A stretch of DNA of 32,000 bases, taken from assembly GCA_942493095.1 (NCBI GenBank), contig OW818675.1, positions 1,680,001 to 1,712,000 of the forward strand, given 5' to 3'. Source of the stretch: Candidatus Electronema halotolerans (GTDB lineage Bacteria > Desulfobacterota > Desulfobulbia > Desulfobulbales > Desulfobulbaceae). The number at the start of each line of letters is the position of its first letter. The stretch's first letter is position 1. Both the position numbers and the translations under genes were made by a program. This document shows, in pieces, positions 9,742 through 18,081 of this stretch. The notes beneath the pieces were generated by a model. That model worked only from the letters and a program-made list of their open reading frames with translations. It made no database searches and was not told the DNA's origin.

Positions 9742-11328
9742 TTATTGCATTGCTCCATCCTGCCGCACTTCCACCTTGCCGTGGAGAAATTCCTTCACCG
9801 CCGCAATCGGCACCTCCTTGCGGTGGAAGATGCCTGCTGCCAAGGCCGCATCCGCATTTGTCTCCTGAAAAACCTCCAAGAAGTGTTCCGCTTTGCCTGC
9901 GCCGCTGGAGGCAATCACCGGAATGCGCACGGCCTGCTTGACCGCCCGGATCAGCTCCAGATCAAAACCGGCATTGGTGCCGTCCCGATCTATGCAGTTG
10001 AGCAGGATTTCCCCTGCGCCGAGCTGCTCGCAGACCTTGGCCAAGGTGATCGCATCAAGGTCGCGGCCTTCGCGTCCGCCCTTGATGGTGCATTGATACC
10101 AGCAAAAACGCTCTCCTTGCGGGCCAAGCAACTTGGTCTCAATGACCGGGTGGCGCACTGCGTCTGGTGAATCCACATAGACCCGGCGCGGATCCACAGA
10201 AATCACAACCGCTTGGCTGCCATAAACACGGGCAATCTGCTCAATCGAGCTGAGACCGTTGCTCTTGCCGCGTTGTAAGACTTCCTCAACAATCAGGACT
10301 GCATCCGAGCCGATAGAGACTTTGTCTGCGCCGGAGCGGAAATATTCTGAAGCCACGGCCAAGGCAGAATGAAATTTGCCCTCGCAGTCGGTGAAATCAC
10401 GGATGCCGCCGCCAATAGTCAGCGGGACAAAGACGTTTTTCGAGGTTTCGCGCAAGACCTCCATCATGGGCATGTCTTGCAGTGGAAAGGCCCGGAATGC
10501 GGTGATATTGAGAAAGGTGATTTCATCCGCGCCCTGCTCGTAATACTCTTGCGCAAGCTGCACCGGCTTGCCGAGATTGCGGACATTGCCCTGCTCGCGC
10601 ACGTCATACTGGTCGCCCTTGGTTACGACCAAGTCGCCCTGATCGTTGGAGCGAACATCAAGGCAGGCGATGATCCGGGCGGCTAATTTGGTCGGCTGCG
10701 GGCAGGAATGCAAGGTCACTGTTTCCCGGCTGCTGTCGAGGAAATTTTCCAGCAAGCGCAGGCCCGCCTTGCCGCTTTTTTCCGGGTGAAATTGGGTAGC
10801 AATGACCTTGCCGCGATGAATCGAGCTGACAAACTCGCTGCCGTAGTCGGTATAAGTCAGGACATCGTCGCGGCTGGCCGGTTCGACATGATAGGAGTGG
10901 ACAAAGTAGAATTTTTCCTCTCCGCTCAGGCCATTGAAGAGCGGCGACGGCTGCGCGGCCCGAATGCCGTTCCAGCCGATATGCGGCACAGCCAGATCAG
11001 TTTGGAAACGTTTGACCCGGCCCGGCAGAAAGCCAAGGCCCGGCTCTTCCGGGGCCTCTTCGCTGCCCTCAAACAGGGCTTGCAGGGCGATGCAGATGCC
11101 GAAAAAGGGGCGGTCTGCCTCCAGATAGCGGAGCAGCGGTTCCACCAGTCCCTGTTCCTTGAGGCTGCGCATCATGGCCCCGAAATTGCCCACCCCAGGA
11201 AAGACCAGCCGTTCGGCTTGGTCAATGTCCGCAGGCGAGGCGACCTGCCGCACGGTTTCGCCAAGGGATTCCAAGGCATTCACCACAGAGCGCACGTTGC
11301 CTGCGCCGTAATCAAGCAGAGTAATCAT
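9742..11328 (-). CDS. hisHF: Fused imidazole glycerol phosphate synthase (HisH glutamine amidotransferase + HisF cyclase), eukaryotic HIS7-like
   Basis: N-terminus [20 protein letters not shown]...FPGVGNFG...[17 protein letters not shown]...[14 protein letters not shown]; C-terminus [63 protein letters not shown]...[11 protein letters not shown]...[16 protein letters not shown]...ASSGAG. Confidence 0.95.
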   Translation of the reverse strand: [528 protein letters not shown]

Positions 11329-11346
11329 AGTCGTTTTGAATTTGAG

Positions 11347-14300
11347 TCAGTTGCCGAGCAGCAGCCGCAGGACCGCAGGCAGGGATTCACCTGTGCTGGA
11401 CAGGGTCTCGCAGGCATCGCCGATACCGTCGCCGTCCTGATAGCCGTTTTCGTCTTCTTGGTTTGGATTGGCGACAAGGGGGCAGTTGTCTGCGGTATCG
11501 ACAATGCCATCATTGTCGTCATCAGTATCGGCATTATCGCCCTGGCCGTCGCCGTCCGTGTCTGACCATTCTGATGCGTCTAATGGAAATGCGTCTTTGC
11601 TGTCGGCAACGCCGTCATTATCATCGTCCAGATCAGCGTTGTTGCCGATGCCGTCTTTGTCAGTATCCAGCCATTCTGTTGCGTCTAATGGAAATGCGTC
11701 CTCGTCGTCAGCAATGCCGTCATTGTCGTCATCCAAATCAGCGTTGTTGCCAATGCCGTCGCCGTCAGTGTCAGACCATTCTGATGCGTCTAATGGAAAT
11801 GCGTCTTTGCTGTCGGCAACGCCGTCATTGTCATCGTCCAGATCAGCGTTGTTGCCAATACCGTCGTTGTCGGTGTCCAGCCATTCGCTGGGATCCTCTG
11901 GGAAAGCGTCCTCGTCGTCCAAAACGCCGTCGCCGTCACTATCAGTAAGTATCCATCTGTTCGGGTCTAAAGGATACGCATCCACGTTGTCTTTGACGCT
12001 GTCGCCGTCATAATCAACAAAGGATGAATTGTCGGGGTCAGATAAGGTGAAGGGCTTGAGTTGGTGGTTGAAGAGTTTGGTGACTGCCACTGCTGTGGTG
12101 AAATTGGTCATGCTCGGATTGTTGAGTACCAATTCGTTGAAATGGGACATCCCCTCTCCGCCAGCATATTGAAATGAGACGATTTGCGGGCCGCTGCCTG
12201 AAAGCAGCACTTTGTGCATCCCGGAAGCGTCAAAGTTTTTGTAGGCATAATTGTCTGATTTTTGAATAAAATTTCCCTTCAGTTCCAAAATGCCTGCGGT
12301 GAGATAGCTCTCATGATAAGAATCGCTGGACATGATAAAATCGCCCTCAACCAGAACATGGTCAGACTCATTCGTCATGTTCAGCAGGCCACAATTGTAC
12401 ATGTAGCCGTCAACTTCCCTGCCTTCCAGCCGGTAGTCGCCTTTGACGATCAGCCTGCCGCCGTTCACCTTCAGCTCGCCGCCGGATTGAACGAGGTCGC
12501 CTTCCACGGTCAGCGTGTGGCCGTTCAAATTGAGTGTCGCGGCATAAAGCCATAAGGCCGATTCTTCTGAAGGCGCAACCGTCATATCCATAGACAAAAT
12601 GAAATCAACCGTGCCGATATTCACATTGCCCAGCGGCAGCCCTTCGCCGCTGTACGTAACAGCAGGCCAGCAAGGGCTGAAAGTGATCTTCGTCGGGTCA
12701 GGGTTGGTTATCTCCAGAATGTTGAAATGGGACATCCCTTCTCCGCCAGAATATTGAAAGGAGACGTTCTGCGGGCCGCTGCCTGAAAGCAGCACTTTGT
12801 GCATCCCGGAAGCGTCAAAGTTTTTGTAGGCATAATTGTCTGATTTTTGAATAAAATTTCCCTTCAGTTCCAAAATGCCTGCGGTGAGATAGCTCTCATG
12901 ATAAGAATCGCTGGACATGATAAAATCGCCCTCAACCAGAACATGGTCAGACTCATTCGTCATGTTCAGCAGGCCACAATTGTACATGTAGCCGTCAACT
13001 TCCCTGCCTTCCAGCCGGTAGTCGCCTTTGACGATCAGCCTGCCGCCGTTCACCTTCAGCTCGCCGCCGGATTGAACGAGGTCGCCTTCCACGGTCAGCG
13101 TGTGGCCGTTCAAATTGAGTGTCGCGGCATAAAGCCATAAGGCCGATTCTTCTGAAGGCGCAACCGTCATATCCATAGACAAAATGAAATCAACCGTGCC
13201 GATATTCACATTGCCCAGCGGCAGCCCTTCGCCGCTGTACGTAACAGCAGGCCAGCAAGGGCTGAAAGTGATCTTCGTCGGGTCAGGGTTGGTTATCTCC
13301 AGAATGTTGAAATGGGACATCCCTTCTCCGCCAGAATATTGAAAGGAGACGTTCTGCGGGCCGCTGCCTGAAAGCAGCACTTTGTGCATCCCGGAAGCGT
13401 CAAAGTTTTTGTAGGCATAATTGTCTGATTTTTGAATAAAATTTCCCTTCAGTTCCAAAATGCCTGCGGTGAGATAGCTCTCATGATAAGAATCGCTGGA
13501 CATGATAAAATCGCCCTCAACCAGAACATGGTCAGACTCATTCGTCATGTTCAGCAGGCCACAATTGTACATGTAGCCGTCAACTTCCCTGCCTTCCAGC
13601 CGGTAGTCGCCTTTGACGATCAGCCTGCCGCCGTTCACCTTCAGCTCGCCGCCGGATTGGATAAGATTACCCATTATTATCAAAGTACTTCCATTCAAAT
13701 CAAGTGTCCCGCTCTCGATATAAAAATTACCTTGCACAATAATTTCATCATCATAAAGGGAGACATTTGGAGAACCTTTCAAGGTGACATTTGCCCAATA
13801 CATCCTGTCCAGCACAAAATCATTTTGCCATTCTCCTGATGAATTCTGTACTGGTTCAAAGACGATAGACTTCGTAATGCCCTCAATTCCCGGCTTGGTC
13901 GGATCAGTTTCATGCTGATATTCAAACAGATTGTCAACATTGTCACCGTCCGGGTCATCAGCAGCGGATTGCGCAGATATATCACCAAAAAAGTGCTCCT
14001 CCCATGAATCAGGCAAACCATCGTCATCAAGATCATTGAGATTGACGAGCTTTCTTGTAAGTTCCGCTGAAGACCTGCTGCCTTCGGTGACAGAAATGCC
14101 TGATGCTTCCACAGTCAAACTGACATCTCTGTTGCCGCCAAGCACCCACATCAAATCCCAGCCATTGACAGCGACGCTGTACGTCCGGCAATCACCATCA
14201 ACAGTTTCTGGTTCAGAAAGTCTGAAAGAGGTGCTTTGATACTTGCTGTCAGCATCTTCCGCTTTCTTGTACCAAATGTATCCTCCTGATGTTTCATCAC

Positions 14301-15618
14301 CGCATATCTGCAAATTTAAAGAAAATTCTTCAGAATTCCATGCAGCAGGCGGCGAGAGCACTGTAACAGAACTTATTTCAGGAAGGAAAATGAGATAATC
14401 AGCAGCATATTTGCGCTGCTCGTCACCATAATCTACAATAACATTCAGCGATGCTGATGATTTCAATTGAGGGTATGCGGCAAGATCAAAAATGAAACTT
14501 TCAGGTATTTCCGTCCCGGAAATATTCGTTCTGTTGCTGATCGCATCAGGGTAGGACGTGAAAATATCTGTTCCGTTATAGTTAAACGTAATGCTCTTCG
14601 GCTGGCCAAGCTCGGCATTATTGATAATATTTTCAGGAATTGCTATTTGATAGCGATTCAGCGTCGTGCGGTTTATCTCTGATTGAAAATCATACAGCGG
14701 CTCTGATGGAGCAGCAAGATCAGCATCCGTGATTAGATCATAATATTGATCCGCTGAGAAAAGTTTCCGAACAATTGGCTTGTTCCAGAATCCTTCGGTA
14801 TCTTTTGAATATACATTAAGTTTTTTAAAATTCTCGTAGGTGCTGTCATTGATAATATTCGCTTCTTTCCATTTTCTGACAATGAAATCTTGCAGAACTA
14901 TCTTGGCCCATAAACCATTTGCCAAATTATCGGCCTGCTCATCTGCAACATTTTTTTGGGTCAGATACAGCAGAGCGTCAAAGGCTTTTGCTGCATCCTC
15001 TGTTCTTCCAGAAAGATATGCTTCTTTAACTGTTTTTGTAAATTCATAGATATGAGAAAATGCCTCGCCATCAATTGCATCAAGCATGGCCTGCAACTTG
15101 CCAGCTCGCCTGCCTGCACCATAAAGAAGCGCATTTTTGATGATTATTTTTCTTTTCGCACCTTTTATCAATGCTGAAAGTTCCTGAGCTGCTTTCGGTG
15201 CATCTGAAGCTATTTTTGCAAAATCACCAGCAAGACTGGCAACAGCTATAATAGCATTACCTGTATCAACAACTTTCACTATGCCATTCAGCGAGCTGGC
15301 CAAGCCAAGGCGTGACTTGATGACAGGATGCTCGTACATCAGGTCAACCATATCGGTTAAAGCATCTATGTCTGTCAGATCGACCGTACCAGAACTTTCT
15401 GCATCAATGATTGCGTAAACATTATCAAACTGCATGAATGCGCTATTAGAAAGACTGGAAATTGTCTGTTGCGAAACATCATGAAAGGCATCAAGCTCCA
15501 TTGACAAAAAATCAAGAGCAACGCCTACAGGTTGCTTAAATCCAGCCGTAGCTGGAACTACTCTTGACAAAATCAAGATCAACGCAAGAGCAAAAAGTCT
15601 TTTTTTACTGACTATCAT
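11347..15618 (-). CDS. Large secreted/surface repeat protein (1423 aa) with signal peptide, internal 195-aa tandem repeats and C-terminal thrombospondin-type-3-like Ca-binding repeats
   Basis: N-terminal MIVSKKRLFALALILILSRVVPATA signal peptide; repeats ...SGGELKVNGGRLIVKGDYRLEGREVDGYMYNCGLLNMTNESDHVLVEGDF...; C-terminal DTDGDGIGNNADLDDDNDG-type repeats. Confidence 0.85.
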   Translation of the reverse strand: MIVSKKRLFALALILILSRVVPATAGFKQPVGVALDFLSMELDAFHDVSQQTISSLSNSAFMQFDNVYAIIDAESSGTVDLTDIDALTDMVDLMYEHPVIKSRLGLASSLNGIVKVVDTGNAIIAVASLAGDFAKIASDAPKAAQELSALIKGAKRKIIIKNALLYGAGRRAGKLQAMLDAIDGEAFSHIYEFTKTVKEAYLSGRTEDAAKAFDALLYLTQKNVADEQADNLANGLWAKIVLQDFIVRKWKEANIINDSTYENFKKLNVYSKDTEGFWNKPIVRKLFSADQYYDLITDADLAAPSEPLYDFQSEINRTTLNRYQIAIPENIINNAELGQPKSITFNYNGTDIFTSYPDAISNRTNISGTEIPESFIFDLAAYPQLKSSASLNVIVDYGDEQRKYAADYLIFLPEISSVTVLSPPAAWNSEEFSLNLQICGDETSGGYIWYKKAEDADSKYQSTSFRLSEPETVDGDCRTYSVAVNGWDLMWVLGGNRDVSLTVEASGISVTEGSRSSAELTRKLVNLNDLDDDGLPDSWEEHFFGDISAQSAADDPDGDNVDNLFEYQHETDPTKPGIEGITKSIVFEPVQNSSGEWQNDFVLDRMYWANVTLKGSPNVSLYDDEIIVQGNFYIESGTLDLNGSTLIIMGNLIQSGGELKVNGGRLIVKGDYRLEGREVDGYMYNCGLLNMTNESDHVLVEGDFIMSSDSYHESYLTAGILELKGNFIQKSDNYAYKNFDASGMHKVLLSGSGPQNVSFQYSGGEGMSHFNILEITNPDPTKITFSPCWPAVTYSGEGLPLGNVNIGTVDFILSMDMTVAPSEESALWLYAATLNLNGHTLTVEGDLVQSGGELKVNGGRLIVKGDYRLEGREVDGYMYNCGLLNMTNESDHVLVEGDFIMSSDSYHESYLTAGILELKGNFIQKSDNYAYKNFDASGMHKVLLSGSGPQNVSFQYSGGEGMSHFNILEITNPDPTKITFSPCWPAVTYSGEGLPLGNVNIGTVDFILSMDMTVAPSEESALWLYAATLNLNGHTLTVEGDLVQSGGELKVNGGRLIVKGDYRLEGREVDGYMYNCGLLNMTNESDHVLVEGDFIMSSDSYHESYLTAGILELKGNFIQKSDNYAYKNFDASGMHKVLLSGSGPQIVSFQYAGGEGMSHFNELVLNNPSMTNFTTAVAVTKLFNHQLKPFTLSDPDNSSFVDYDGDSVKDNVDAYPLDPNRWILTDSDGDGVLDDEDAFPEDPSEWLDTDNDGIGNNADLDDDNDGVADSKDAFPLDASEWSDTDGDGIGNNADLDDDNDGIADDEDAFPLDATEWLDTDKDGIGNNADLDDDNDGVADSKDAFPLDASEWSDTDGDGQGDNADTDDDNDGIVDTADNCPLVANPNQEDENGYQDGDGIGDACETLSSTGESLPAVLRLLLGN
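11480..11960 (-). repeat. Thrombospondin-type-3-like Ca-binding repeats, 35 aa (105 bp) unit with 210-bp higher-order period
   Basis: Protein DTDxDGIGNNADLDDDNDG(V/I)AD(SK/DE)DAFPLDA(S/T)EW(S/L) repeated. DNA string ccattctgatgcgtctaatggaaatgcgtctttgctgtcggcaacgccgtcatt occurs from about 11567 and again from about 11777 (210 bp apart). Confidence 0.9.
12136..13659 (-). repeat. Tandem repeat, 585-bp period (195 aa), about 2.6 units
   Basis: Units 13075-13659 and 12490-13074 read as essentially identical; partial unit 12136-12489 has a few substitutions at its left end (ccagcatattgaaatgag vs ccagaatattgaaaggag). The track's antisense ORFs recur at 12262, 12847 and 13432, exactly 585 bp apart. 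Confidence 0.95.
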
Positions 15619-15758
15619 TTGTGCTTACCATATTGATTCGTAATAACAAAAAGATGCTGTTTCTCTGCCATCAACCTGCGACGCACTTTCTCGCATCAAC
15701 AGACAGCAGCCTTACCCCATTCCGCAGCTTTTGGCAAGAAATTAAAGCAGCAAACCGC

Positions 15759-16598
15759 TCAGGACTCCTGCAAAATTGCCTGCACCTCATCCTCAGCCAG
15801 CCCGACAAGCGCAGCAATGGCCGCCGCATCCATGCCCATCTGCTGGGCTTGCAGCACCGTCTTGCGCTGCTGGGCCAATATTCCCTCTTTCAGCCCGGCT
15901 TGTCTGCCTGCTTCCAAACCTTCGGCGGTAAAGCGTTCCTTGGCCTTTTCCCATGCCGCCTCATCCTTGATTTCTGCCAGCACGGACGGATCAACAGTCT
16001 GCCGCCGCATCTCCTCAATCAGCTTGCGGAACATGTCATCACTGCCGCTGCTCTCCTCCATTTTGCCATCCAATGAATCCGCAATAAAATCAAGCCAGCG
16101 GCGCACCGCAGGCGGCGTGTGCGGCCCGGACTGCGGCGGCGACAGAAAGACTAAACGGTGCGGATATACAGCAACCCTGTTTCCTTGCTCATCCACCGGA
16201 CTGAAATCGCTCACCGCACAGCTAAAGTTCACGCTGCCGTCACGCAGCACACTGGTCAGCACCACAATGGTGAAAACAGTGCGTTCAAAACAGTAGGCAG
16301 CAAAGCCACGCACCTGCTCGGCCATGCTGATCAGATGATAGTAGAGAAAGCGGTCAAAAAAATCCTCCTCCTTCACATGCTGAATCTCCACAATGATGCG
16401 CCGTGCCGCATCCTCGGCAAAAAGATCATAGCGGCTGCGGACAAAGCCTATCGGTTCCGGGTATTCGTAGTCGGTATGCACCTTGTCGATATTCAGTTCC
16501 AAGCCGAGCACGTCCTGAGCAAAACGGCTGAACACCTCTGGCTGACTGAAAATCCGTTTAAACGCTGCACCGTATTTCAGCGGAATCACATCAATCAT
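15759..16598 (-). mobile_element. Rpn family recombination-promoting nuclease / PD-(D/E)XK nuclease family transposase
   Basis: 279-aa ORF: PLKYGAAFKRIFSQPEV...YPEPIGFVRSRYDLFAEDAARRIIVEIQHVKEEDFFDRFLYYHLISMAEQ... and C-terminal GMDAAAIAALVGLAEDEVQAIL tail typical of the family. No terminal inverted repeats identified. Confidence 0.85.
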
Positions 16599-16745
16599 GG
16601 CAAATCGTCCTTTAAAAAATCAGCCTCATGCCGCAAAATCTCCTGCACTTCATCCTCAGCCAGCCCAACCAGCGCGGCAATGGCCGCCGCATCCATGCCT
16701 ATCTGCCGCGCTTGCGCTGCTGGTGGTGAAAACCGTGTGCTTACA
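16599..16745 (-). pseudogene. Residual C-terminal tail of a second Rpn/PD-(D/E)XK nuclease gene
   Basis: Minus strand encodes QARQIGMDAAAIAALVGLAEDEVQEILRHEADFLKDDLP, homologous to the tail of the adjacent gene. DNA 16633-16714 aligns with 15771-15852 with scattered substitutions. Confidence 0.75.
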
Positions 16746-16760
16746 GCGGCTCCGGGGCAG

Positions 16761-17840
16761 TTAAAAATCCACCAGCTCCACGTCAAAGACTAACCACGCA
16801 TTGGGCGGAATGACACCTCCGCCTGCGCCCTGCTCGCCGTAGGCCAGCTCCGGCGGGATGATCAGAGTGCGTTTTTCACCCTTCTCCATATTGCTGATGG
16901 CCATGTCCCAGCCAGGAATGACCCGGCCTGCGCCGACCGGAAACTTGATCGGCTCGCCCCGATCATAAGAGCTGTCAAACTTGCGGTCGTTCTCCAACAG
17001 GCGGCCTGTGTAATGGACACTGACCGTGGTGCCCGGCGCAGGCTTGCCGCCTTTGCCCTCTTTGTTCACCACCCAGAACAGACCGTCATGATTGAAATGG
17101 ACATTAGACCATCGTTTTCTGATCAGCTTGATGGTTTTGTCTTTTTCCTCCTTGGCCGCAGTCTGCTCGTGGCTGGCAAGTTCAGCCTTGGCCTTGTCAA
17201 AGGCAGCCTGATCAGTCTCGAACTGCTGGGCCTTTTCGCCTTGGCGGATGATTTCAATGGTCTTGATCACATCGCCCTGCTCAATCGCATTGACCACATC
17301 CTGTCCTTCCACGACATGACCAAAAATAGTGTGCTTGCCATTCAGATGCGGGGTGGCGACATGAGTGATGAAAAACTGCGAGCCATTGGTGTTTGGCCCG
17401 GCATTGGCCATTGCCAGCACGCCGGGGCCGGTGAATTTGAGATCAGGAACAATCTCGTCCGCAAAGCTGTAGCCCGGTCCGCCAGTGCCAGTGCCGAGCG
17501 GACAGCCGCCTTGAATCATGAAATCCTTGATCACCCGGTGAAATTTGAGGCCGTCATAAAAATGGGTGCCAGTCGGCTTGGTTGCGCCGCCATAAGCCAA
17601 GGTTCCTTCGGCCAGGCCGACAAAGTTGATCACAGTCAGCGGCGTTTTGTCGTAATATAATTCCAGCAGAATATCGCCCTTGCTGGTCTTGATCTTGGCA
17701 TACAGTCCGTCTTTCATTGCTTGCTCCTTGGTCTTTGAGGTTGAATCAGCCGACGCGGGCTGGCTGGCAGCAGGCCGCGAAGAAAAAACAAGCAGCACAG
17801 ACAGCAGCAGCGCGGGCAGCAGGCGCGGCAAGGTGTTCAT
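16761..17840 (-). CDS. Exported dual-family peptidyl-prolyl isomerase: cyclophilin domain + FKBP domain fusion
   Basis: Signal peptide [26 protein letters not shown]; cyclophilin [40 protein letters not shown]; [88 protein letters not shown]. Start placed at ATG 17840. Confidence 0.95.
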   Translation of the reverse strand: MNTLPRLLPALLLSVLLVFSSRPAASQPASADSTSKTKEQAMKDGLYAKIKTSKGDILLELYYDKTPLTVINFVGLAEGTLAYGGATKPTGTHFYDGLKFHRVIKDFMIQGGCPLGTGTGGPGYSFADEIVPDLKFTGPGVLAMANAGPNTNGSQFFITHVATPHLNGKHTIFGHVVEGQDVVNAIEQGDVIKTIEIIRQGEKAQQFETDQAAFDKAKAELASHEQTAAKEEKDKTIKLIRKRWSNVHFNHDGLFWVVNKEGKGGKPAPGTTVSVHYTGRLLENDRKFDSSYDRGEPIKFPVGAGRVIPGWDMAISNMEKGEKRTLIIPPELAYGEQGAGGGVIPPNAWLVFDVELVDF

Positions 17841-18081
17841 AGAAAATCCTCCGTCAGCAGGTTGATTGAAAAAGCCGCCTTTGGGCATTGCCAAAAGAAT
17901 GGCGGCAGAATTTGCAACGATGCAACTAACCCGCCAGCGCGACCTTTGTCAAGCAAAACCGCTCTTTTTCCCGGCCAAAGCCGCTTCGCTCTTGACGGGC
18001 CGGGGCTGTCCGGTTTAAATAGGCTGTCTCCGCAAGGATGAAAACGACTGCCGGACCTGCCGCGCCGGAACACCTTCTCAG

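Noticed and set aside
11463-12013. Plus-strand Ser/Arg/Cys-rich repetitive ORFs
   Set aside because: Shadow ORFs opposite the Asp-rich Ca-binding repeats; composition is the reverse complement of GAT/GAC-rich codons.
11500-13660. Considered as a CRISPR array because of regular repeats
   Set aside because: Repeat units are 105/210 and 585 bp, in-frame, without unique spacers, and translate into one continuous ORF.
12262-13839. Three homologous plus-strand ORFs (12262-12555, 12847-13140, 13432-13839) MNKISLQFQNACGEIALMIRIAGHDK...
   Set aside because: They lie exactly antisense to the 585-bp repeats of the large minus-strand gene; recurrence is explained by the repeat, not by a gene family.
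15621-16793. Plus-strand ORFs 15621-16076, 15817-16296 and 16158-16793
   Set aside because: Antisense to the Rpn/PD-(D/E)XK nuclease gene and its remnant tail; no independent support.
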